Shown one piece after another: positions 9,522 through 17,900 of a stretch of 29,112 bases of DNA (position 1 is its first letter; every line of letters starts with the position of its first letter). Position numbers and translations under genes: made by a program. The stretch is from the NCBI GenBank assembly GCA_964592405.1, contig CAZQBY010000015.1, forward strand, positions 1 to 29,112, read 5' to 3'. The notes beneath the pieces were generated by a model. The model made no database searches. It saw only the letters and a list, made by a program, of their open reading frames with translations, and had not been told where the DNA came from. The stretch is from an uncultured archaeon (GTDB lineage Archaea > Altiarchaeota > Altiarchaeia > JAFGQM01).

Positions 9522-10504
9522 TGGACAGGGAGTTGATATTAAGGAATGTTATTGAGGTCATTGAAGAACAGGAGTTGGATGAGTTGATAGAAAGCGGGAG
9601 AGGGAGCGTTTACTGCGGTTATGAGACGAGTGGTCCAGTCCATATAGGCACCATGGTGACAGTACAGAAGCTCATTGAGTTTCAGAAGGCAGGGTTGGAT
9701 GTAACTGTTCTTTTCGCGGACCTGCACACCCTCCTGAACATGAAGGGCAAAGAGGAATGGATAGCCAAGATGGTGGACTATTGGAAGCACTGTTTCATAG
9801 CCTTGGGCCTTGACCCAAAGAGGACTCGGTTCGTCAAGGGCTCGGAGTTCCAGCTGAAGCCTGAGTATTTCCACGATGTTCTGGCCTTGGGAACAGATGT
9901 CACAGTCAAGCGCGCGACACGCTCCATGCAGGATATTGCACGCGATTTGGAGCATGCGCATGTTTCTCAGATGATATATCCAGTAATGCAGGTTGTTGAT
10001 ATCAAGCACCTTGGCGTTGACATAGCCTACGGAGGGATTGAGCAGAGGAAAATACACATGCTCGCGCGCGAGGAATTGCAAAAGATAGGATACAAAAAGC
10101 CTATTTGCATCCATACGCCGCTGATAGTCTCGCTGGGCGGGCCGGAGACAAAAATGAGCTCCAGCAAGCCGGAGACGATAATCGCCGTGCATGAAGACCC
10201 GGGGAGCATAGAGGGCAAGATACAGAAGGCCTACTGCCCGGCCGGGCAGGAGGAGAACAACCCGATTCTTGACATCTTCCGATTCTTCATCTTCGCAAAG
10301 AACGGCAAGGTCGTCATCGAGCGTCCGGAGAAGTTCGGCGGTAAGTTGGAGTTCAATTCCTACGAGGAGCTAGAGAAGGCCTTCATAGAAGGGCTTCACC
10401 CGGCCGACTTGAAGAAGGCATGCGCGCGGTATCTGATTGATTATCTTGAGCCCGTGAGAGAGTATTTCAGGAAAAAGCCCGGCGTGCTGAAGGTACTGGG
10501 CTAA
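9521..10504 (+). CDS. tyrS: Tyrosyl-tRNA synthetase (archaeal type)
   Basis: YCGYETSGPVHIG (HIGH-like), YPVMQVVDI, GGIEQRKIH, KMSSSK, AYCP and LHPADLK motifs. Confidence 0.95.
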   Translation: MDRELILRNVIEVIEEQELDELIESGRGSVYCGYETSGPVHIGTMVTVQKLIEFQKAGLDVTVLFADLHTLLNMKGKEEWIAKMVDYWKHCFIALGLDPKRTRFVKGSEFQLKPEYFHDVLALGTDVTVKRATRSMQDIARDLEHAHVSQMIYPVMQVVDIKHLGVDIAYGGIEQRKIHMLAREELQKIGYKKPICIHTPLIVSLGGPETKMSSSKPETIIAVHEDPGSIEGKIQKAYCPAGQEENNPILDIFRFFIFAKNGKVVIERPEKFGGKLEFNSYEELEKAFIEGLHPADLKKACARYLIDYLEPVREYFRKKPGVLKVLG

Positions 10505-11403
10505 GGCGCTTCCTCGAGGCACACCCTTCTGAAGTTGCAGTAATCGCACTGTGGCCCCTCGGACTTCTCGAAGTCCGCTTCCCTAGCCGTGTTCGATGCG
10601 GGGTTGAAGAGCAGCTTTTTCATCTCTGCAATGCTCTTGCGTATCTTATCCTTGACACCTTCAATCTCATTCCTGCCTACTTCTGACTCTCTCAACTCAT
10701 CATAGCGGCAGTTGTATTCGCGGGTAGTTATGGGGAGTTCAGCTCCCCATTTCTTGGTGGAATATAGGGCATAGCCAGCAAGCTGGAGGTCATCAGTGCT
10801 GTCAGTCTTTCCGGTTTTCCAGTCGTAGATAACTGTCCTGCCCTCATGCACCAGCGCGAAGTCGATCTTGACATAGATTGTAGTCCCCTCGAAGTTGAAG
10901 TCCTGATATTGCTCGATGGGCAGCCAGTCGTTTATGTTAGTCGCCTTTATCTCGCTGAGCACCTTGGAGTTGTAGAAGTTCTTCAGGCAGGATTCGCCCT
11001 GGCGTATCAGATCGTCAAGGTCATCCTTGGTTATAGACAGACCGTATTCATGTTCCCACAAGCCGCAGTATTTCTTTGGATCGACCCGGTATTTCCCGGT
11101 CATGGACTCCTCGAAGCTGTGTTTCATGTAGCCCCTGAACTGCTTCACCAGAGATGTCAGGGGCACCCCACGCCCCTTCCTCAGTTCACCTAGATAGTTC
11201 CCAATCGTCCGGTGCACGCTGTCGCCAAGGAGCATAGGCAGTGTCTGTAGATTCTTGAGTATGTAAATATCGCGCGTCCTCCGGTCTGCCGTGTAGCTCC
11301 AGCCTCCCCAAAAGCCGTAGTAGTTGTAGTAGTACTTGCGCCTGCACTCATTGAACATCCTGTGGCGCGAGTGCGACCATGAGAAGGTGTTTTTTATGTC
11401 CAT
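10501..11403 (-). CDS. PD-(D/E)XK RecB-family nuclease with a Cas4/AddB-like 4-Cys Fe-S staple
   Basis: N-terminal ECRRKYY and GDSVH; E...KIDF...YDWKTG...LQLAGYA; C-terminal CDYCNFRRVC. Confidence 0.85.
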   Translation of the reverse strand: MDIKNTFSWSHSRHRMFNECRRKYYYNYYGFWGGWSYTADRRTRDIYILKNLQTLPMLLGDSVHRTIGNYLGELRKGRGVPLTSLVKQFRGYMKHSFEESMTGKYRVDPKKYCGLWEHEYGLSITKDDLDDLIRQGESCLKNFYNSKVLSEIKATNINDWLPIEQYQDFNFEGTTIYVKIDFALVHEGRTVIYDWKTGKTDSTDDLQLAGYALYSTKKWGAELPITTREYNCRYDELRESEVGRNEIEGVKDKIRKSIAEMKKLLFNPASNTAREADFEKSEGPQCDYCNFRRVCLEEAP

Positions 11404-11427
11404 GATGATGCAGATATTTGCTTGGAT

Positions 11428-12147
11428 TTATATGCATCTGCCGTTTTCACAACCGCCCGGACAGTGATACTCTTCAAAATTGGTGTTGAAGTCATACTCA
11501 TCTCTGGAGTAGTCATACTTGCAGAAATACTCTATTAAGGTTTCATTGTCTTTGCAGCTGTCTATCCATGCTCCGCAGGAAGCCACACATTTCGGAGAAA
11601 CCACTCCCCTGACGTAGTAGTCCTTCCCACCGTCGGAATCGGTACAGGTTGCCTCTGCCTCTCCACTTTCCTGAGTCGTTCTTATCTGGCATGTGTTGTC
11701 AATGCATGCTGGCCTGACCGTCTCCAGTTCAGGACAGCCGTGTGCAGGACATGACCATTCATGGCAACTGTCCCACTCAGTTACAATGGCCTGCACTTCC
11801 CCCTCATCATAGCCTTTGTTGTGTGCCATTCCACATGGAAACCTGCAGCTCCTTATGTCACTGAAAACGCAGTCCGCATCTTTATCACAGGCCTGCACCC
11901 GTTCCATCTTTTCATCTATGTCGTCACAGGTCATTTTTTGTTCTTCTTTTTCTTCGCAACGTTTCAGGGTGAGGCATTTTTGTGACTCGCTTTGACTACA
12001 AAAAATTTCTTGTTTGCATGTATATCCTTCTGGGCAGTCTGCATCGCTTTTGCACTCTCCAAGTTCATAAGTGCTGGAGTTCAGAAGGGGTAGAAGAATA
12101 GCTGCTATGAGGACGGCCACCATGATGACAATCAATTTTTGTTTCAT
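11428..12147 (-). CDS. Cys-rich exported or membrane-anchored protein
   Basis: Hydrophobic N-terminal signal/anchor; 24 Cys; two CxxDADC modules and a CTDSDGGKDYYVRG...CPGGCENGRC module. Confidence 0.8.
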   Translation of the reverse strand: MKQKLIVIMVAVLIAAILLPLLNSSTYELGECKSDADCPEGYTCKQEIFCSQSESQKCLTLKRCEEKEEQKMTCDDIDEKMERVQACDKDADCVFSDIRSCRFPCGMAHNKGYDEGEVQAIVTEWDSCHEWSCPAHGCPELETVRPACIDNTCQIRTTQESGEAEATCTDSDGGKDYYVRGVVSPKCVASCGAWIDSCKDNETLIEYFCKYDYSRDEYDFNTNFEEYHCPGGCENGRCI

Positions 12148-12313
12148 GATAATATTTGACTTTTATGGATAATAAGCAGGAGCAAGCTGCTGGCCAAGAA
12201 GGGATAAAGGAACAGACGTTTGTGATAGATCTGATGCGGGTAAAGGATTAAAAACAAAATGAATAGATACTGGACCTCACAGCCCATGATAAGAATAAGC
12301 GTTAACTTATTAC

Positions 12314-12505
12314 TTATACCCTTTTGACCTTTTCAGCCTTTTTTCCTCGGTCGCCCTCTGTGGGCTCGAAAGAAACGGCATCTCCATCATTCAGATACCC
12401 TCCACCATCTATGGAGGTGTAGTGACAGAAATAGTCATTCCCGTCCTCACCCTCGATGAAGCCGTAGCCTTTTCTTTCGTTAAACCACTTTACTTTTCCT
12501 TCCAT
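12314..12505 (-). CDS. Cold-shock domain protein (CspA family)
   Basis: MEGKVKWFNERKGYGFI (RNP1) and DYFCHYTSI (RNP2); 63 aa from ATG 12505. Confidence 0.93.
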   Translation of the reverse strand: MEGKVKWFNERKGYGFIEGEDGNDYFCHYTSIDGGGYLNDGDAVSFEPTEGDRGKKAEKVKRV

Positions 12506-12584
12506 TTTTTCAACTGTCAAGACGCGAAGTCTTGCGTTGGTTTAGCTGGTAGGCATATAAAAACCCATATGCTCTAATAATCGT

Positions 12585-13034
12585 GTGAAAATGGGCCGTC
12601 CGAGCGGAGCGAAGGGAGCAAGACCACCCAGGAGGAAGATAGTCATAAGGCGGATGCCGGGCAAGGCCAAGGGAGAGCTTCAGTTATGGGAGGGCCGCCG
12701 TATAAAGCATAGATTCCCGGTCGTGGTGGGCGGGAAGAAGACACCCACTCCCACGGGCAAGTTCACCATAGACGAGGTGAACCGCAGGCCGCACTATAAA
12801 AACCCCAAAAACGGGAAGATAACGCCATACAGCATGCGCTGCCCCCTGTGGCCGACCCTTGTCGTTTTCAGGGACGCCAAAGGCAACAGGCTGAAACAGA
12901 GCATGCATGGCACCACCCAGGCCGGCTTCCGCGAGGGCGTAGAGAGCCACGGATGCGTCAGGCTGAGACGGGCGGACATGCTGGAGCTTACCCAGCATCT
13001 GTACGAGGGGATGGAAGTGGAGATAAAGGATTGA
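12585..13034 (+). CDS. YkuD/ErfK-family L,D-transpeptidase catalytic domain protein
   Basis: FPVVVGGKKTPTPTGKFTI and MHGT-x9-SHGCVRL, with catalytic His and Cys intact; no hydrophobic signal peptide; start at GTG 12585 or ATG 12591. Confidence 0.85.
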   Translation: MKMGRPSGAKGARPPRRKIVIRRMPGKAKGELQLWEGRRIKHRFPVVVGGKKTPTPTGKFTIDEVNRRPHYKNPKNGKITPYSMRCPLWPTLVVFRDAKGNRLKQSMHGTTQAGFREGVESHGCVRLRRADMLELTQHLYEGMEVEIKD

Positions 13035-13063
13035 CTTAAATGCTTGCTTTGAATAAATTAAGG

Positions 13064-14002
13064 ATGGCGACGTACAGGGAGGCCGGGGTGGACATTGAGG
13101 CCGAGGACCGGGCGATAAAGGGCATACTGTCCGCGCTCAGGACCGGGCTGCCCGGGCATTTCGCAGGAGTCGTGGAATTCGGCGATTATTACTTGTCCAT
13201 GTGCACGGACGGCGTCGGAAGCAAGGTCCTTGTCGCACAGCATCTCAGGAAGTACGACACCGTGGGCATCGACATGGTGGCCATGAACGTCAACGACGTC
13301 ATCTGCATAGGCGCAAAACCCATAGCCTTAGTGGATTACCTAGCCGTCGAAAAGATTGATTCAAAGCAAATCTCCGAAATCATGAAGGGAGTCGCCGAGG
13401 GGGCGAAGCAGGCCGGGTGCGAGGTCATAAGCGGCGAGACCGCGACACTGCCCGAAGTGGTAAACGGATTTGACCTGGCCGGGACGTGCCTGGGGGTCGT
13501 CAAGAAGGGCGAGATTGTCACGGGTGAGAGAATCAAGGAGGGCGATGCGATAATCGGCCTCGAGTCCAGCGGCATACACTCCAATGGTCTCACTCTTGCG
13601 CGCAGGGTGCTTGACCTAGATGCGTGGGGCAGGGACCTCCTGACGCCAACGAGGATTTATGTAAAAGAGGTATTATCAGTTCTTGGTCCTGAGGTTCATG
13701 GACTCGCACACATAACTGGCGGAGGGTTGAAGAAACTGAAACGAATACTGCCCAAGGGTTTGGGCGCGGAGATAACCAGCCCGCTCGAGCCGCAGGAGGT
13801 CTTCGCTGAGATACAAAAGCAAGGCAAGGTCTCCGACTATGAGATGTACAGGACCTTCAACATGGGCATGGGCTTCGCCATCGTCTGCGACCCGGAGGCC
13901 GTAGGGGGGATAACAAGCAGCCTGAAATCAAGGGCAAAAGTCATCGGCAGAATCATCAAGGGCGAGAGCGTGCGGGTTCCCGGCAAGGACCTTAGATATT
14001 AA
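13064..14002 (+). CDS. purM: Phosphoribosylformylglycinamidine cyclo-ligase (AIR synthetase)
   Basis: TYREAGVD, TDGVGSK, AMNVND, GETA, SSGIHSNG, HITGGG and RTFNMG motifs; start set at ATG 13064. Confidence 0.95.
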   Translation: MATYREAGVDIEAEDRAIKGILSALRTGLPGHFAGVVEFGDYYLSMCTDGVGSKVLVAQHLRKYDTVGIDMVAMNVNDVICIGAKPIALVDYLAVEKIDSKQISEIMKGVAEGAKQAGCEVISGETATLPEVVNGFDLAGTCLGVVKKGEIVTGERIKEGDAIIGLESSGIHSNGLTLARRVLDLDAWGRDLLTPTRIYVKEVLSVLGPEVHGLAHITGGGLKKLKRILPKGLGAEITSPLEPQEVFAEIQKQGKVSDYEMYRTFNMGMGFAIVCDPEAVGGITSSLKSRAKVIGRIIKGESVRVPGKDLRY

Positions 14003-14003
14003 A

Positions 14004-15080
14004 ATGGACTTCCCCAAACTTTTCACTGTAGGCCCCGTCTATGTGAGAGACGAGGTGCGCGAGGAGATGGGCAGACAGATGTTCAGCCACCGCAGCTCTG
14101 AATATGTGGACCTGCACAGCGGCGTCATTCCAAAGATACAGAAGCTCCTCTTTACAAAGAAACCCACGTTCATTTATCCCTCATCCGCTACCGGCATCTG
14201 GGAGTCCTGCGCGCGCAACGTGGTCGAGAAGAAGGCGCTCAGCTGCGTGAACGGCGCTTTTTCCAAGCGCTTTGGGAAGGTTATAGAAGCCAACGGCAAA
14301 CAGGTTGAAGTCTTGGAGAAGCCTATGGGGCAGCCTATCCTGCCGGAGGAGCTGGACACTGCCCTCTCAAAGAGTGATGCTGATTCTGTTTCTATAGTGC
14401 ATAACGAGACCTCAACAGGAGTCATGAACCCACTGAAGGAGCTCATCAAGGTCTGCAATGACCACGACGTCGTCAGCATGGTGGACGTCGTTTCCTCAGT
14501 GGCTGGGGCGCCAATATACGTCGATAAGTGGGGGATAGACGTGTGCCTGTTCTCGGTCCAGAAGTGCCTGGCGGTCCCGCCCGGCCTGGCGTGCGCCTCC
14601 ATAAGCGAGCGGGTGCTGGAGAGGTCGGAAAGGGCCAAAAACAAAGGTTACTACTTCGACATGAAACTGCTGGAAAAATACCACCTCAAGAACAACACGC
14701 CAGCCACCCCTCCAATACCCCAGATATTTGCTCTGTCGAAGGCTCTTGATCTTATCTTTGAAGAGGGTCTGGAAAACGTCTGGGCCCGCCATAAGAGAGT
14801 CTCCGATTTTGTGAAGAAGCGGTGCACTGAGGATATGGGCTTTACGCTCTTTCCCGACCCAGAATATGCGTCGCAGACTCTGAGTTGCATAAGCACGAAG
14901 GAGAAGGGAATTAACGCGAAGGAGCTCTTGGCGAAGATGAAAGCCAAAGGCTACATCGTCGGCTCCGGCTACGGCGAGCTCAAGGAAACCACTTTCCGTG
15001 TCGGCAACATGGGCAATGTCTACATGGGTGATGTGGAGGAAATGCTCGATGTCATGCAAGAGGTACTGGGAAGCTTCTAG
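14004..15080 (+). CDS. Class V PLP aminotransferase (alanine-glyoxylate/serine-pyruvate family)
   Basis: GPV, SHRS, VHNETSTGV, VDVVSS, SVQKCLAVPPGL, TPATP and FRVGNMG motifs. Confidence 0.9.
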   Translation: MDFPKLFTVGPVYVRDEVREEMGRQMFSHRSSEYVDLHSGVIPKIQKLLFTKKPTFIYPSSATGIWESCARNVVEKKALSCVNGAFSKRFGKVIEANGKQVEVLEKPMGQPILPEELDTALSKSDADSVSIVHNETSTGVMNPLKELIKVCNDHDVVSMVDVVSSVAGAPIYVDKWGIDVCLFSVQKCLAVPPGLACASISERVLERSERAKNKGYYFDMKLLEKYHLKNNTPATPPIPQIFALSKALDLIFEEGLENVWARHKRVSDFVKKRCTEDMGFTLFPDPEYASQTLSCISTKEKGINAKELLAKMKAKGYIVGSGYGELKETTFRVGNMGNVYMGDVEEMLDVMQEVLGSF

Positions 15081-15121
15081 GTTTTTATTCAGACACCTTC
15101 GAATAGTGCCATTATCCTGCG

Positions 15122-15817
15122 ATGAAAAAAGGTGATTTTGTAAAGGTCTCATACAGCGGATGGGTCGGTGAAACCCTAATTGAGACTACGGATGAGAAGG
15201 TTGCGAGAAAAGAGGGCACTTATGATGAGAAGCGGGTTTACAGGCCAACAGTGGTTGTAGTAGGCGAAGGTATGGTGCTACCCGGTCTAGACAAAGGGCT
15301 TGAGAGTATGAAGGTTGGGGAGAGTAAAAGGTTTAAGCTAAAGCCGGCAGAAGCCTTTGGTGAACGGAGCTTCAAACTCATAAAACTGGTTCCAATGCGA
15401 GAGTTCAGAAAACAGAACGTCAATCCATTTCCGGGAATGGTTCTGGAGATTGAAGGGAGACCTGCGCGCATACAGTCCGTCTCAAGCGGCAGGGTCAGGG
15501 TAGATTTCAACCACCCACTGGCCGGCAAGGAGGTTACCTATGAGCTAAAGGTGGAGGCTGAAGCCAAGACGGAAAAGGACAGGATAGCCTTCCTTATAGA
15601 GCGCGACTTCCGTGAGGATTTGAAATTCACAGTTTCCGGCACAAAGGGCAGGAAGAAGATAGTCGTCAACATCCCAGAGAGTGTCAAGGGCAACAAGCTC
15701 TACCCGATAATGACGCAGGTCTTCAAGGTGGAGGTCGACAAGTACCTGGGCATCAAGGAAGTGGAGTACAAGGAGCCCGTCGCGAAGATGGAGAAGAAGC
15801 CCGTCGCCAAGAAATAA
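15122..15817 (+). CDS. FKBP-type peptidyl-prolyl isomerase (SlyD-like, long archaeal form)
   Basis: GDFVKVSY, IETT, PAEAFGER and RVRVDFNHPLAGK motifs, plus a C-terminal extension. Confidence 0.92.
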   Translation: MKKGDFVKVSYSGWVGETLIETTDEKVARKEGTYDEKRVYRPTVVVVGEGMVLPGLDKGLESMKVGESKRFKLKPAEAFGERSFKLIKLVPMREFRKQNVNPFPGMVLEIEGRPARIQSVSSGRVRVDFNHPLAGKEVTYELKVEAEAKTEKDRIAFLIERDFREDLKFTVSGTKGRKKIVVNIPESVKGNKLYPIMTQVFKVEVDKYLGIKEVEYKEPVAKMEKKPVAKK

Positions 15818-15820
15818 GCA

Positions 15821-15943
15821 TTACCTTTTGATTTTATTGAAAAATTCGTTGGCCTCCTCCAACCATATCAACCTCTGCTCCGGAGTCGCCTTAAGCCCCC
15901 TCCTGATATCCTCTTCCGTCAGGACGAGCGACTTAGTTTCCAT
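15821..15943 (-). CDS. 40-aa small protein, putative partner of the adjacent nucleotidyltransferase (not in the ORF track)
   Basis: Hand translation METKSLVLTEEDIRRGLKATPEQRLIWLEEANEFFNKIKR*; GGAG immediately before the ATG; overlaps the NTase 3' end by 11 nt and fills the gap to the FKBP stop almost exactly. Confidence 0.75.
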   Translation of the reverse strand: METKSLVLTEEDIRRGLKATPEQRLIWLEEANEFFNKIKR

Positions 15944-16433
15944 CTCCGATTTCGTCCCTTAGCTTTTTCAGGGATTTCAAGTCGTCCAAGTCCTTCTCCC
16001 TTTTGGGGATTTCCTTGAGCCTTATAAGGTCTTCAAGGGATACCACAGGTATTGGTATCCCGGCGGCTTCGACAATAATCTTTCTGTCATATGCTTCTTC
16101 AAAACCAATAGGCTCTTTGACAAGGACATCAACGATGTGCAGCTGGTTCTTTGAATCAAGGAAGGAGAATACCTTCATGTTCTTCTCCTCAACCCACGAC
16201 TTCCTCTTTTGCGCATCGGCCAGCTCCCTGGCATCCACGGGCACTCTTGGCTTATAGCCCAGGTTTTCCATTGAGGACACGAGCCTCATGATGTTTTCCT
16301 TGCTCATGTCAACCATTATATCCAAATCGGCGGTCAGCCTTACGATCCCGTGAAGGACTATCGCCGTGCCACCGACGACTAAGTAGCGAACATCATTACT
16401 GTTGAGTTCCCTAAAGACATCTTCATAGTACAT
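15933..16433 (-). CDS. Pol-beta superfamily nucleotidyltransferase (DUF6036/AbiEii-like)
   Basis: VVGGTAIVLHG-x2-RLTADLDI, VDVL and LEDLIRLK...REKDLDD motifs. Confidence 0.82.
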   Translation of the reverse strand: MYYEDVFRELNSNDVRYLVVGGTAIVLHGIVRLTADLDIMVDMSKENIMRLVSSMENLGYKPRVPVDARELADAQKRKSWVEEKNMKVFSFLDSKNQLHIVDVLVKEPIGFEEAYDRKIIVEAAGIPIPVVSLEDLIRLKEIPKREKDLDDLKSLKKLRDEIGDGN

Positions 16434-16478
16434 GACTTAATTATATGGTTTAAATGGAAAAAGGGGTAAATAAGCCTC

Positions 16479-17855
16479 ATGAAGATAGGCATCCTGACCT
16501 ACGGGTGCTCCGTGAACAGATCGGACTCTGAGCTGATGGCCACCCTGCTAGCCAGAGCGGGATTTGAGCCGGAACTGGAGTCGGAGAAACCCAAACTGCT
16601 CATAGTCAACACGTGCATCGTCAAGGGTCCGACGGAGAACAAGATCCTCAGGAAGCTGAAGGACCTGCAGGAAGCGGGCAAGAAGGTCATCATCACTGGC
16701 TGCATGCCGGAGGCGTATCCTCACCTGGCTGCGAGGTTCCCGGACTTTGCTGTCTTGGGGATAGACAGCTTTGACATCGTGGCCGTGGTCCGCGACTACC
16801 TGGGCCAGACAGTGGTCAGCAGGAAGGAGGCGATGGATGGGAAGGTCCTTCCCAAGACAATCAAATACAACCAGTTCATTGAAATCGTCCCGATATCAGA
16901 AGGTTGCTTGGGATCGTGCACCTATTGTGCAACCAAGTTCGCGCGCGGGAGTTTGGTTTCGTACAACCCTGAAGCCTTGTTGGATGGAATCCGGCAAGCG
17001 GTTGGTGAGGGCGTCAAGGAGGTCTGGCTGACGTCGCAGGACAACGGATGCTACGGGTTTGACATAGGCACCAACCTGGCCGAGTTATTGCGCGCGGTAG
17101 TGGAGATTCCTGGCGACTTCAAAGTGAGGGTCGGGATGATGAACCCCCAGCACATCGGAGGCTTCCTAGACGAACTAATAGATGCCTACAAGAGCGACAA
17201 AGTCTTCAAGTTCCTGCACATACCCATCCAGTCCGGCTCGGACAAAGTCTTGGAAGAGATGGGGCGCGGTTACACTGCAGAGGATTTTCTCCGCATCGTA
17301 TCCAAATTCAGGGAGGCCATGGAACTGACCGTTTCCACAGATATCATCGTCGGCTTCCCGACAGAGACGGAAAAGGACTTTCAGAAAACCATCCAACTCC
17401 TAAAGCGCGCGCAGCCCGACTTCCTGAATCTCTCCAAATACTGGCCGAGGAAGAAGACGAAAGCTGGCGAGATGAAGCAGCTCCCAAGAGAGGTGGTTGC
17501 CGCGCGCAGCAGGGAGGTCGCCAAGCTGTTCTCAGAGATGCTCAAGGAGAAGAACAAATCGTGGATTGGTAAAACTTGTAGTGTAACTTTCACAGACAAA
17601 AAGGGTGATTATCTCGTTGGACGGAATTCGCTTTACAGGCCGGTTTTGGTGAAGGCAAATTCCGGTGGATTGCGACAACAATCCGCCATTTTTGATCGAA
17701 CTTTTTCTAAAAGTTCGGTTGGACGGAATTCGCTCTACAGGCCGGTTTTGGTTGAAGGAGAAAATTTACTGGGGAAAATCTATAGTGTAAAAATCATCAA
17801 AACAAAAAAGAGTGAGTTACTTGGTGAGTTGTATGAGACGAGTCAGATTGGGTGA
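16479..17855 (+). CDS. Radical-SAM tRNA methylthiotransferase (archaeal MtaB/CDKAL1-like)
   Basis: UPF0004 cysteines (YGCSVN, NTCIVK, TGCMP); CLGSCTYC radical-SAM motif; RVGMMNP; HIPIQSGS; DIIVGFPTET; C-terminal TRAM domain carrying an insert. Confidence 0.92.
   Translation: MKIGILTYGCSVNRSDSELMATLLARAGFEPELESEKPKLLIVNTCIVKGPTENKILRKLKDLQEAGKKVIITGCMPEAYPHLAARFPDFAVLGIDSFDIVAVVRDYLGQTVVSRKEAMDGKVLPKTIKYNQFIEIVPISEGCLGSCTYCATKFARGSLVSYNPEALLDGIRQAVGEGVKEVWLTSQDNGCYGFDIGTNLAELLRAVVEIPGDFKVRVGMMNPQHIGGFLDELIDAYKSDKVFKFLHIPIQSGSDKVLEEMGRGYTAEDFLRIVSKFREAMELTVSTDIIVGFPTETEKDFQKTIQLLKRAQPDFLNLSKYWPRKKTKAGEMKQLPREVVAARSREVAKLFSEMLKEKNKSWIGKTCSVTFTDKKGDYLVGRNSLYRPVLVKANSGGLRQQSAIFDRTFSKSSVGRNSLYRPVLVEGENLLGKIYSVKIIKTKKSELLGELYETSQIG
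17616..17752 (+). repeat. 35-bp direct repeat flanking a double-hairpin insert, in frame within mtaB
   Basis: GTTGGACGGAATTCGCTyTACAGGCCGGTTTTGGT at 17616-17650 and 17718-17752 (1 mismatch, offset 102 nt); hairpins at 17664-17687 and 17697-17717. Confidence 0.92.
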
Positions 17856-17900
17856 GACACGTCAGCACATTTCTTGTTCTGGGCCTGAGCAAGACGAAGG

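Noticed and set aside
10501-11403. CRISPR-Cas locus implied by the Cas4-like gene
   Set aside because: No repeat-spacer array and no cas1, cas2 or effector genes in the window.
17616-17752. Mini CRISPR array (35-bp repeats plus spacer)
   Set aside because: Only two copies, the repeat is coding mtaB sequence, and the 67-nt spacer is itself palindromic.
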